A DNA stretch of 63,865 nt, filler included, from an uncultured Methanosarcinales archaeon (GCA_964472345.1; 4 parts of 4 records of this genome joined end to end with filler, not necessarily neighbours in it), one strand, 5' to 3'. Counted from the first letter of the whole stretch, positions 17,860 through 27,322 are shown. The notes: generated by a model not told the origin, from the letters alone. Program-made: numbers and translations.

Positions 17860-19914
17860 ATGAGCCCACCTTCAGAAGCACTTCTTGAGAGAATGACCGA
17901 AGCACCAGATACCGAAATGGAGGGGGTGGTGAAGCCTAGAATAGGTGTACCCATAGCCATACCTGGAACCGAGGAAACGCAATGGTCGGTTGCTGATGTT
18001 TACAACGCGCTCAGCAAAGCTGGTGGATTCGAAGATTTTCCGACTACAGCGGAAGCGCTCAGGGCTGAAGTCGAGACGATGGGTAACAAGGATCATAGTA
18101 CCCTTATACACTATCTGCGAAGGGATAGGAGTAAAATCGATACCAAAAATCCACCGACAGGGTTTGTTGATGGACAGAAAACCCCTCTCCGGCCACTAAG
18201 GGATGATAAAGATGATAAGTGTATCTCACGTGCCGGCAGGTTACCCTTTGAACTCGCTGGAGACGAAGGATATGAAGCTGCAAGAGCCGGGAGCTTTCAA
18301 CAACTCGAAACGAGAAGTGCTGCTCGAGGTTCGCAAAGCTTTGAAGAACTCCTTTATGCAGCCACGGTTGAGAGTGATGTTCCCCGTATGCCGAGAACCT
18401 ATTGTATCACCGCTGATGATTTACTTCTGCGTATGTGCAGTTTTGACCCGATAGATGTAGTCGCAGGTGTCCCGTTCATCTATCCGCCAGGAACTACAAC
18501 TGATGAGGCAGTAACTGTTTTTGGTAAAGGTGTTGCTATTGAGCCTTCTACCCTTAGAGATGGAATCAATAATGGTTACGTAGGTCGCTACTTTAGGGCA
18601 GCCGAGACTGTCGGGGGGGGTCGAACGACGATTAAAATAGAACCATTCTCTCTTGGTGGTGGGGGTACAGATGGGGAGCAGAAGACTTATGCATTTGCGC
18701 GTGCTCTGCAGGACTGGAGTACATCGTTTCCTAGCGTTTTAAAGAAATTCCTTACCTTAGGACAGATCGATGATCAATTTTTGGAAGATGTTTTTCAGAC
18801 AGTTCTTAATAAATTAGAAAGCAGTACCCAAGAGAACGATCCCACAGGCACCGGTGTTGTAGCAGGATTACTTAAAAACCAATACGGTCGAAGAAACAAG
18901 TCGCAAAGTGTGACAGTGATAAACAGTTTTCAGGGATCTATGATGACCGCGCTCATCGGAGCCGCTATGGCAGATAAGTACTCATTGAGTGATGAGCATC
19001 TGTCGCGGCTTGTCCTTATCGAGCTTCTTAGAAATGGCAGTAGCATCCTTCCAAACTCAAACCTCCTGACTTCTTCGATGTCTCAGACAATCAGAGCTCT
19101 TAAAGAAGCTCGAGATCAGTACACGAGAACCAACTATGGGGGTTTACAACCTGAAGAAGCAGTCAATCGACTAGCCCATAATGCCGCTCTCCTGTACCGG
19201 AATGCTGTTAGTGGAAGCAAATATCTGAGGGATATCAGGTCGCCAACAGAGGATATTGGTGATCTCCTTGCAGATGCTGCTCGGTTGAGTCCGCTTGACT
19301 TAGGTGCGCTTCTCACCTCAGGCCGCAGAGAAAAGTGCGAAACCAACCCCGGCTTTCAGCAGAAAGGGCCGACAACGTACCAAGTGGGAATTGATGGAAG
19401 AGCGTATGATGACGAGACTATCAGATCTTTACAATCTGCCCGCAATAAACTCATTTCTTCGGCATCGAACGGCAGGAGGATACCTGCCGAGCAGGCATTC
19501 GAAACATATACTGCATTTGCAGAGCAAGCGGGTATAGCATCCCCAAACGATGCTCAGACCGCAAGAGAGGGGTATAACAACGGGGACTCGAACGGAGTGC
19601 TGGCATTCAACACCGAGGAAGGGCAACAGGCCTTTGAAAGGATTGAACGAAACATGCGTTTGTTTGCCCACTACGCTACTCAGGAAGAGATGTATGTTGT
19701 TTCCGATGATCGCACCTTAATAGGATTTGAAGAGCAAAGCGGTAGGCAGCTGGGTGAGCTTTTCCGGAGGTTTTCTGATGCTCTCTATACGCTTGCGGGC
19801 AATCCTCTCAAGAGAATTGTCGATTCCGTCGAAACTAGAATTTTAAAGGGCTGCGCCAGCTACCAGCCCATAGTTCAGAGGCTCAACAGAACAAATGAGG
19901 TAGGAAGGGAGTAA
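17860..19914 (+). CDS. Hypothetical protein, possibly a degenerate HD-GYP-like domain protein
   Basis: 684-aa ORF with BRE/TATA (17793-17806) and GGAGGT RBS; lower GC than flanks; weak HD-GYP-like pattern lacking the HD dyad. Confidence 0.6.
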   Translation: MSPPSEALLERMTEAPDTEMEGVVKPRIGVPIAIPGTEETQWSVADVYNALSKAGGFEDFPTTAEALRAEVETMGNKDHSTLIHYLRRDRSKIDTKNPPTGFVDGQKTPLRPLRDDKDDKCISRAGRLPFELAGDEGYEAARAGSFQQLETRSAARGSQSFEELLYAATVESDVPRMPRTYCITADDLLLRMCSFDPIDVVAGVPFIYPPGTTTDEAVTVFGKGVAIEPSTLRDGINNGYVGRYFRAAETVGGGRTTIKIEPFSLGGGGTDGEQKTYAFARALQDWSTSFPSVLKKFLTLGQIDDQFLEDVFQTVLNKLESSTQENDPTGTGVVAGLLKNQYGRRNKSQSVTVINSFQGSMMTALIGAAMADKYSLSDEHLSRLVLIELLRNGSSILPNSNLLTSSMSQTIRALKEARDQYTRTNYGGLQPEEAVNRLAHNAALLYRNAVSGSKYLRDIRSPTEDIGDLLADAARLSPLDLGALLTSGRREKCETNPGFQQKGPTTYQVGIDGRAYDDETIRSLQSARNKLISSASNGRRIPAEQAFETYTAFAEQAGIASPNDAQTAREGYNNGDSNGVLAFNTEEGQQAFERIERNMRLFAHYATQEEMYVVSDDRTLIGFEEQSGRQLGELFRRFSDALYTLAGNPLKRIVDSVETRILKGCASYQPIVQRLNRTNEVGRE

Positions 19915-20045
19915 TTACTCTCCATACTGGTGAGCTGTCCCCGTTCTTATAAAGAGATGCGCTTATTGGTGTAAGAAACCTACGCAGGCCACTGTATAGT
20001 ACCGAATTCACGTAACATTGATGTGGATACTCCAGCACCGAAATT

Positions 20046-20145
20046 NNNNNNNNNNNNNNNNNNNNNNNNNNNNNNNNNNNNNNNNNNNNTTAATTAATTA
20101 ANNNNNNNNNNNNNNNNNNNNNNNNNNNNNNNNNNNNNNNNNNNN
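20046..20145. other. Artificial contig linker
   Basis: 44 N + TTAATTAATTAA + 44 N. Confidence 0.97.
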
Positions 20146-20197
20146 TTTGCGGTGCAGCAGCTTTCCGCGCTCAGAATTTCAATGCCGCCAAGTTCCA

Positions 20198-20647
20198 TTA
20201 CACCGTCACAAACTCTGTCTTGAGCTGCCTGAACGACACCAGCGACATGATCTTCACCACGCCCTTGCGTGAGATGACGTTCCTGACGAACTGGTAATAG
20301 GCGTCCTGGTCTTTCACGCGCACCTTCAGCACGAGCTCCCAGTCGCCGGTGCAGATGTCAACGCTCTCAATCTGCGGGTGCTTCGCCAATTCACTGCTGA
20401 TGCGCTCAGGATCGCCATACTCGTCCGGCGAGAGGTTGATCAACACAATTACGCAGAAGCCTTCGTCGGTCTTCTTGTAGTCGAAGACAGCTTTGTAGGT
20501 TTTGACGGCTCCTTCTCTCTCAAGTTTCTTGATGTTGTAGTGGATGGTGGTTGCGGGCTCCTTGAGCTTCTTTGCGATGCGCGCGATCTGCGGCGTGCAG
20601 GAGCCTTCCTTGAGCAGCGCGACGAGCCTGGGGCGGATGTCTTTCAT
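20198..20647 (-). CDS. Lrp/AsnC family transcriptional regulator
   Basis: N-terminal HTH (IARIAKKLKEPATTIHYNIKKLEREG); TGDWELVLKV in RAM domain. Confidence 0.92.
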   Translation of the reverse strand: MKDIRPRLVALLKEGSCTPQIARIAKKLKEPATTIHYNIKKLEREGAVKTYKAVFDYKKTDEGFCVIVLINLSPDEYGDPERISSELAKHPQIESVDICTGDWELVLKVRVKDQDAYYQFVRNVISRKGVVKIMSLVSFRQLKTEFVTV

Positions 20648-20788
20648 ATTTTTGTAGATTATTCAATTATTTATAAATTTATCGCTTAATATTCATATAT
20701 TATTCAACAATGTATATTAGAATGCTGCTACTCCGAGCTCATAGATATAAAATGAAAACGAACCTAACGGAGGCTAAAGCACAAAAAC

Positions 20789-21646
20789 GTGCTGGTTGCT
20801 GGTATCACAAGCAAAGAAGATTTAACGAGATTTATCACTCAAGAACCTCTCATCGAGACGCACCATTCATTGGAGGGAATAAGGAATCTTTCTGAAGTCC
20901 GTGCGTTGTACTTCGGCGTTGGCTTGTGCAATGGCCTACCTTTGCTCAGCGCAGGCCTGCCGGTTGATGTCTTGAGTATGCTGCTCGTTAGTGAACAGGT
21001 GCATGTGTCCAAACATATCTTAATTGCGGATACTCATGCAATCACTAATGGTTTTGATACTCACTCTGTCGATCAATTAGCTCGGCAATACCAAGAAACA
21101 CTTCAAAGAATCATAGAAAATCTAGGCTTTTCTGGGTGGCAAGTAGCAAGAGCTTCAGAAATAGATCAAACTCCAGCCTACATGGAACTTCTTAGGGCAA
21201 TAGAAGCGTCTCACGACTACATTAGAAGAGAACTGGCAGATATGCGCTGGTTCAATCGTGAACATGATGTAAATCTCAAAGTAGGCTGGGTTCTCAACGG
21301 TAGTAAGAACTCAGGCGAGAGGTCATTTGACCAAGAATTCCGACGTCAGTTTGACGATCCCTTAGGATTTGTCTATGTAGTGCCCGGCAGAACATTTAAT
21401 CCCAGGAGACTTCACGCTGCCCCATACTTTTGTACAGATCCTGAGGAAAGAATTTTGCTCGAAGCAGGTGAAGATGTAGGTCGTAAACTAGCATTAGCTC
21501 AAGAGAAATTTGGTCGAGAAGCAACCAGGCCATGCGAGAACTTCCTGAGCCAAGTAATGAGGCTATACGACAAAACTGTAGAGAGAACAGAACAAGGACC
21601 TCTCACAGACAGACTGCAACAAGTAATAAACAGGTGTACCAAATGA
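20789..21646 (+). CDS. Class Ic aminoacyl-tRNA synthetase-like (TyrRS/TrpRS/CDPS-like) protein lacking HIGH and KMSKS
   Basis: YFGVG, ILIADTHA, VARASEI, YIRRELADM, KVGW...ERSFD and ILLEAGEDVGRKL are colinear with TyrRS blocks. Confidence 0.55.
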   Translation: MLVAGITSKEDLTRFITQEPLIETHHSLEGIRNLSEVRALYFGVGLCNGLPLLSAGLPVDVLSMLLVSEQVHVSKHILIADTHAITNGFDTHSVDQLARQYQETLQRIIENLGFSGWQVARASEIDQTPAYMELLRAIEASHDYIRRELADMRWFNREHDVNLKVGWVLNGSKNSGERSFDQEFRRQFDDPLGFVYVVPGRTFNPRRLHAAPYFCTDPEERILLEAGEDVGRKLALAQEKFGREATRPCENFLSQVMRLYDKTVERTEQGPLTDRLQQVINRCTK

Positions 21647-22431
21647 AACAAAAAATCTTAGGCGTAATTGGGGGGCTCGGCCCTGAAACGGGCTGCAGGT
21701 TCTGCCTCAACGTGAACAACAAGTTCAAGCTGCAAACGAAGAGACAGCCCCATATTGTCCTTGATAACCTTCCCATTTCTCAGGAAGCAGAAGAACGGCT
21801 GATTCACGGAGGCCCTTCCCAAGAGCATTTTGACCTGCTCGTGGAGTCCGTCCGACGATTAAACAATCTTCATGCGAATCTCATTGTTATTGCTTGTAAT
21901 ACAGTTCACTTGTTCATCGAAGAGCTTAGGAAAATATCGAGGGTACCAATTTTGAGCATAGTAGAGGAAACAGCGAAAAAATGCAAAGAGATGAACATGA
22001 CAACCGTTGGTCTCCTAGGCTCCACGAAAACGATCCAGTCTGGGCTTCATTCAAAAGAGCTGAAACGATTCCGCATTGAGGTCGTTCTTCCCAATAAACA
22101 GGATCAGCGCTTTGTAAGTGAGTGCATTATCAGGATCATTAACCAACAAGTTAAGCGGGATGACAAGAAAAGAATGGTTCAAATCATCGAAAAACTTGAG
22201 AAGGTGGGAGCCGGAGGAATAATTTTAGGATGTACTGATCTCCCATTGCTATTATCAGGTGATGATGCGGGTGTACCAATCATAAACACTATGCGAATAT
22301 TAGAGGATTCTGCGGTGAACCACCTCTCGAACAATGAACAGACAAAAGATTCGCAGCGAATGGTGGCACCGTTAATCATACCGCTGGAGGCAGAGCAGCA
22401 TAAAGATCTATCTCACCCCCATAATATATAA
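21643..22431 (+). CDS. PLP-independent aspartate/glutamate-family amino-acid racemase
   Basis: ILGVIGGLGP, IACNTVH and ILGCTDLP (two catalytic Cys); ATGA overlap with upstream gene. Confidence 0.9.
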   Translation: MKQKILGVIGGLGPETGCRFCLNVNNKFKLQTKRQPHIVLDNLPISQEAEERLIHGGPSQEHFDLLVESVRRLNNLHANLIVIACNTVHLFIEELRKISRVPILSIVEETAKKCKEMNMTTVGLLGSTKTIQSGLHSKELKRFRIEVVLPNKQDQRFVSECIIRIINQQVKRDDKKRMVQIIEKLEKVGAGGIILGCTDLPLLLSGDDAGVPIINTMRILEDSAVNHLSNNEQTKDSQRMVAPLIIPLEAEQHKDLSHPHNI

Positions 22432-22464
22432 ATATGCCCACCATACGACGCTAAAGTAACCACC

Positions 22465-23424
22465 ATGAGCATAACAAAACCCCAATCAAGCGCATTGATC
22501 CCGCAAGAGAAAGCAGCGCAGCAGCCGGCGGGCCTCGTCCTTGACACGCTTCCCATCCTTGCCCTCGACCATCCGGGAGCAAGTGATCCTGAGTACAGGA
22601 AGCGCCGTGATGAAATAGCGAGAGCGGCGCTCGAGTTTCACCTCGGCGATCCCTCGACACGGCAGATTCCGGCCATCCGCTACACTAAAGAAGAGCAGCG
22701 GGTGTGGCGTCATGTTAACGAAAGACTGGAGCCGCTGCACGAGCAATGGGCCTGCTCGCTCTACAAGGAAGGCCGGCGGAGGATTTCCATTCCCGAAGAC
22801 CACATCCCGCAGCTTGCTGACCTGAGCACGCGGCTGGGAGAAATCAACGGCTACCGGTTGGAGCCGATCCATGGGCTTGTGGATCCGCGGGCTTTCCTCA
22901 GCAGGTTGGCGGACAAGGTTATGCTGTCCACTCAGTACATGAGGCACCATTCATGTCCGGAATTCACGCCGGAGCCGGATATCATCCATGAGGTTCTGGG
23001 GCATGTCCCAACATTCACTGATGGAGCTATGGTTAATTTCCAGTTTATGATTGGAAAAGCTGCGCAGACAGCAACGGAGGAAGAGTTCAAATCGCTGAGT
23101 CGGCTGTACTGGTTCACCGTTGAATATGGGTTGATTGAAGAAGGCGATAAGATCAGGGCATTTGGTGCCGGGCTGCTTGGGGGGATTCAGGACTTAACCA
23201 ACGCTATGACCGAGAAGGTTCCCTTACAGAAATTCACAATGGATGAGGTTATCAACACACCTTATGAGTACTCGTTTGGGCAGCCGCGGTTCTTTGTGTT
23301 CCCGTCGCTGGAGTTTTTGCACCGGGAGACGAAGAAGCTGATTGCCGGATTCAGGGCAAATCGTGAGCACTATGACGACTTCGGTGCTCCCCTCGAAACT
23401 TTAAATGGCCGGTACAAGAAATAA
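22465..23424 (+). CDS. phhA: Pterin-dependent aromatic amino-acid hydroxylase (phenylalanine 4-monooxygenase family)
   Basis: DHPGASDPEYRKRR, TQYMRH, PEPDIIHEVLGHVP, YWFTVEYGL (His-His-Glu iron triad), AFGAGLL. Confidence 0.9.
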   Translation: MSITKPQSSALIPQEKAAQQPAGLVLDTLPILALDHPGASDPEYRKRRDEIARAALEFHLGDPSTRQIPAIRYTKEEQRVWRHVNERLEPLHEQWACSLYKEGRRRISIPEDHIPQLADLSTRLGEINGYRLEPIHGLVDPRAFLSRLADKVMLSTQYMRHHSCPEFTPEPDIIHEVLGHVPTFTDGAMVNFQFMIGKAAQTATEEEFKSLSRLYWFTVEYGLIEEGDKIRAFGAGLLGGIQDLTNAMTEKVPLQKFTMDEVINTPYEYSFGQPRFFVFPSLEFLHRETKKLIAGFRANREHYDDFGAPLETLNGRYKK

Positions 23425-23594
23425 AAGCGTGGCTCGTGTCATTTACTTCTTAAACCCCGACACCTTCCGGATCCGATGCAGGGGAAACTGCTGATTTCTA
23501 TGCCGCCAAACAGCAGCGAACAGCAAAGACAAGCCAACGTGCTGGTGCCTGATGCTGCGCCAGCTTTAAATAGCAGCGCGGCCCGCAGGCCGCT

Positions 23595-24470
23595 ATGGCA
23601 ACGATGGATCCTTTGGTTAGATACGGGCGGGAACCTTCATCGGTGAATGGAGCACCTGAGCGGTTCGTGAGGACAACGCATAATGTGCGGGGCTTGGATC
23701 CGGCGATGGTCAGCTCAGTCCTGTCCTCATTTGCCGAAATGGTGGGGAATGGTGATATCGGCACCGATCTGCTGGCGGGAAAAGCATACATCCTTGGGAT
23801 GCAATGCCTTCAAGCGATGAAGCTTTGCGCCGGCAGAAATGGAGATCTCCAGCGCAAGGAAATGGAAATCCACACCAGCCTCGCACAGCTAGCACGGCAT
23901 CTTTTTTACGCAACGAGGCAGGAGCAGTATGCCCACTACTGGTACGAGCACGCGGTTGCGGCAGGGGATGGCGCAAGGCCACGTCGACCGCTCATCGAGG
24001 CGCTCGTTGAGGGTTACCACGCGCACTACCAGTCAGCCCTGAAGCAGGCGAGCTCGGACCCTCCTGGCGCAGCGAAGGACTTCCTGATCGCAGCAGAGAG
24101 AATTGGGCTGCTCGCCCAGCATGAGCCGCCCACGTACGAAGGATTGCACGGACTGCTCTCCCTCCAGTTGGAGTGTTACCGGCGCGGATTGCGTTATTCC
24201 AGCGTTCCCGAAGAGAAGGCCCTTGTTTCGTTGCTGCAGTACGCACGCAAATATCCCGACCTGAGGCCGGCGGTCACCGAAGTGCTTCCTTACTGTCCTG
24301 CCGCGGTCCGGCAGCGGTGGAAACGGGGGGAGCGGCAAAACCAAGCACAGCAGAGGCAGCTCCGTCAGGATACGCTCCAGGGCCTGCTCCGGAGGGAAAG
24401 GACCAAACGCGAACGGCGTGCGCGGGTGAAGGTACGGCACTGGATTCAGCAGAACGTGTGGGGCTCCTGA
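23595..24470 (+). CDS. Hypothetical helical protein
   Basis: 291-aa ORF with TATA (TTTAAATA) about 25 nt upstream. Confidence 0.55.
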   Translation: MATMDPLVRYGREPSSVNGAPERFVRTTHNVRGLDPAMVSSVLSSFAEMVGNGDIGTDLLAGKAYILGMQCLQAMKLCAGRNGDLQRKEMEIHTSLAQLARHLFYATRQEQYAHYWYEHAVAAGDGARPRRPLIEALVEGYHAHYQSALKQASSDPPGAAKDFLIAAERIGLLAQHEPPTYEGLHGLLSLQLECYRRGLRYSSVPEEKALVSLLQYARKYPDLRPAVTEVLPYCPAAVRQRWKRGERQNQAQQRQLRQDTLQGLLRRERTKRERRARVKVRHWIQQNVWGS

Positions 24471-24993
24471 AAAACTCCGTCACCGGCACCTGCCTGATCC
24501 AGTGCGTTGCCCCCCGTTGCAGGAAGCGCGGCAGGAAGATGTTGTTATAGACAAGCAGCACCGCATCGTGCCGCATCTCCTTCAGCAGCTTGTCTTCAAG
24601 GCCATTGTAAAATCCCGTGTCGGGGTTGACGAACAGCATGTCGTAGCGCGAGAAGTCGTGCGCGAAGAAGTCGCCGCAGAGGAGCTTGGCGTTGAGCTTG
24701 AGCCGCCTGCTGATCTCATTGCCCTTGTTCACAAGATCGGCATCAATCTCGATCCCTGCCGCCTCAGTGAACAGCGACGCCACCAGCACGACGCGCCCGT
24801 CGCCGCAGCCGATGTCGAGGAAGCTCTTTGCCCTTTGCAGCCCGATCTTCTGAAACAGCCCAAACACCACGTCAAGGTCGCTCGGGCCCCAGATGCCCTT
24901 CGCGGTGTCGCGGACGACAAAGCGGAAGCTCTCTTTGAGCTCGCGGTCGGAGGCTTGGAAGGCCTGTTTGATGCTGTTGAACCTGGGATCCAT
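24274..24993 (-). CDS. Class I SAM-dependent methyltransferase
   Basis: FLDIGCGDGRVV, GIEID, GDFF, YDMLFVNPD. Confidence 0.85.
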   Translation of the reverse strand: MDPRFNSIKQAFQASDRELKESFRFVVRDTAKGIWGPSDLDVVFGLFQKIGLQRAKSFLDIGCGDGRVVLVASLFTEAAGIEIDADLVNKGNEISRRLKLNAKLLCGDFFAHDFSRYDMLFVNPDTGFYNGLEDKLLKEMRHDAVLLVYNNIFLPRFLQRGATHWIRQVPVTEFFRSPTRSAESSAVPSPAHAVRVWSFPSGAGPGAYPDGAASAVLGFAAPPVSTAAGPRQDSKEALR

Positions 24994-25032
24994 CCGGCTT
25001 GAGGAATCACCGGCCTTTAAAAGAATATCCTG

Positions 25033-25317
25033 TCAGGCTGCGTCTCGGCGCGGATAATCTAGGGGTACTTCAGCTTCGCTTGAGGCGCCAGGCACAGGCT
25101 CCTGTCGCGCGTCTTGATATATATCGTCAAGCATCACCAGGAGATCGAGGATCCGCGGATCAGGGCCCCCAAGCTGCTCACTCACCACCGCAAAGTCTTT
25201 CGCATAAGCCTTATAGAGTGTTTCATCTCCAGACTGAGCCGCATCGATGGCTTGAAGGAGTAGGTTCGCCTGATCAGTTACGAGAGCACGTTTTACGAAC
25301 TCAGAGATTTCCTCCAT
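25033..25317 (-). CDS. Hypothetical acidic protein
   Basis: 94-aa ORF with an AT-rich promoter-like region upstream. Confidence 0.5.
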   Translation of the reverse strand: MEEISEFVKRALVTDQANLLLQAIDAAQSGDETLYKAYAKDFAVVSEQLGGPDPRILDLLVMLDDIYQDARQEPVPGASSEAEVPLDYPRRDAA

Positions 25318-25512
25318 TGACAGGTTCCAAATGATTCTATTCTTATCTCATTTCCTCTATATTTTTATAGAACTTCTACAGAAAAGCCGCACCGCGAGCC
25401 AAAAACGCGCGAAACGTCCCCGCAACCTTTATAAACCACCAGCCTCTTGCACCCCTCTGACGGGAGAAGCGAAACGCATGAGGAAACAACATTCCTTCTG
25501 TTCAACACCACG

Positions 25513-25857
25513 ATGAAACCATTGCTGCCGAGCCTCAAGGAAAAAAGGCGCTACATTGCGTTTGAGGTCATCACGGGCGCCCAGGTTGGGGAAGACGACG
25601 TCTACGATGCGGTTCGCGCGAGCATGCACCAGCTGGTCGGCGACCTTGGCATGGCGGCCGCAGGGCTGCAGTTCGTGCGCGAGCGGTGGAGCAGCAGGCG
25701 GTTGCGCGGCATCGCGCGCGTCAGCCATCGCTCGGTGGACCATTTCAAGGCGTCGCTCGTGTTCGTCCAGCAGGTGAAGCAGCATCCTGCAGCCGTGCAT
25801 TCCCTGGGCGTGAGCGGGATCCTGGCAAAAGCTGCACAGCAGTACATTGCAGCCTGA
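25513..25857 (+). CDS. rnp2: Ribonuclease P protein component 2 (Pop5/Rpp14)
   Basis: LLPSLKEKRRYIAF, LGVSGILAKA; first gene of the superoperon. Confidence 0.9.
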   Translation: MKPLLPSLKEKRRYIAFEVITGAQVGEDDVYDAVRASMHQLVGDLGMAAAGLQFVRERWSSRRLRGIARVSHRSVDHFKASLVFVQQVKQHPAAVHSLGVSGILAKAAQQYIAA

Positions 25858-25865
25858 GGTGAACC

Positions 25866-26606
25866 ATGACTGTCATGAAAATGCCGCAAAAGATGGGGTA
25901 TGACCGCAGCATCACGATGTTCTCTCCCGACGGGAGGCTGCTTCAGGTCGAGTACGCGAAGAAGACGGTGCGGCAGGGCAGCACGGCCATCGGAATCGTG
26001 TGCAGGGACGGCGTCGTCTTTGTCGCGGACAAGCGCATCGTCGGCAAGCTCGTGGTCCCCGAGTCGGTCGAGAAGCTGTTCAAGATTGACGACCATGCGG
26101 GCGCCGCGGCAGCCGGCATCATTTCCGATGCACGGGTGCTCGTGGAGCGCGCGCAGCTCCGTGCGCAGCAGCACCGCGTGACCTATGACAGCACCATGGC
26201 GCTGCTCGAGCTCGTGAAGGACATGAGCGACCTGTGCCAGTACACCACCCAGAGCGCGGGCCTGCGGCCGTTCGGCGTTTCGCTGCTCGTCGGCGGCGTT
26301 GACGAAGACGATGAGCCGAAGCTGTTCATGACGGATCCGACAGGGATCTTTTTCCGCTATCGCGCTGCGGTAATCGGCGAAGGCGAGATTGAGATTGAAA
26401 AGGCGCTGCAGCAGCGCTATACGCAGGCGCTGACGGCTGAAGACGGGCTGCTGCTCGGCGTGGGCGCGCTCGCAGAGTTCATCGGTGAGGCGCTTGACGT
26501 CGACCGGCTTGAAGCAGCAGTCATTCCCGTGAAGGGCAAGAGCTATACGCATGTTTCCAAGGAGAAGCTGCGGGAGCTGCTCGCGCGGGCACGAAAGAAA
26601 CGATGA
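25866..26606 (+). CDS. psmA: Proteasome alpha subunit
   Basis: GYDRSITMFSPDGRLLQVEYA, GLRPFGVSLL. Confidence 0.97.
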   Translation: MTVMKMPQKMGYDRSITMFSPDGRLLQVEYAKKTVRQGSTAIGIVCRDGVVFVADKRIVGKLVVPESVEKLFKIDDHAGAAAAGIISDARVLVERAQLRAQQHRVTYDSTMALLELVKDMSDLCQYTTQSAGLRPFGVSLLVGGVDEDDEPKLFMTDPTGIFFRYRAAVIGEGEIEIEKALQQRYTQALTAEDGLLLGVGALAEFIGEALDVDRLEAAVIPVKGKSYTHVSKEKLRELLARARKKR

Positions 26607-27319
26607 CACTGCATGTCGGGCGGGAGCGCGTGCATCTGAATCTCGCACGCCTCAAAAAGAGCGGAGAAGTGTTCGAGGTGGACATCGACCCCGACCTTGC
26701 CTTGCGCTTCCGGCGCGGCGAGGATGTTGACATCCACCAGGTGCTCAAGGCGGCCACGATCTTCAAGAACACGCAAAAGGGGCTCGCCGCAAGCGAAACG
26801 CTTATGACGGAGCTCTTTGGCACGGCAGATGCGTTTGAGGTTGCCGCGAGGATTATCAAAGAGGGCGATATCCAGCTCACCGCAGAGTACCGGGAGCGCC
26901 TGCGCGAGGCGAAGAAGCGGCGCATCATCGAGATCATCCACCGCAACGGGATCGACCCGCGGAGCAAGCTGCCGCATCCCGTGGTGCGCATCGAGGCTGC
27001 GCTCGAAGAGGCAAAGGTGCGGATTGACGAGCACCGGCGCGCGGAAGAGCAGGTCAAGGAGATCGTCGCGGCGCTGCAGCTCGTGCTGCCGATAACATTC
27101 GCGAAAAAAGAGATCTGGGTGCACCTGCCCGCGCAGTTTGCGGCAAAGGCCTACAGCATCGTCAGGAGCATAAGCACCATCCTGCAGGAATCGTGGCGCG
27201 ATGACGGGAGCTGGGAAGCGACGGTGGAGATTCCCGGCGGGCTGGAGGAGGAATTTCATGACAAGCTCAACAAGGCGACAAAAGGGGAAGTCCAGACAAA
27301 AGTCATTCGGGAGAAATAG
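26603..27319 (+). CDS. Ribosome maturation factor SBDS/SDO1
   Basis: ARLKKSGEVFEV, IQLTAEYR, DPRSKLPHP. Confidence 0.95.
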   Translation: MTLHVGRERVHLNLARLKKSGEVFEVDIDPDLALRFRRGEDVDIHQVLKAATIFKNTQKGLAASETLMTELFGTADAFEVAARIIKEGDIQLTAEYRERLREAKKRRIIEIIHRNGIDPRSKLPHPVVRIEAALEEAKVRIDEHRRAEEQVKEIVAALQLVLPITFAKKEIWVHLPAQFAAKAYSIVRSISTILQESWRDDGSWEATVEIPGGLEEEFHDKLNKATKGEVQTKVIREK

Positions 27320-27322
27320 GAG

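Noticed and set aside
20046..20145. TTAATTAATTAA palindrome within N-runs (also at 40171 and 59679)
   Set aside because: Artificial all-frame-stop contig linker; not biological, and no synteny should be inferred across it
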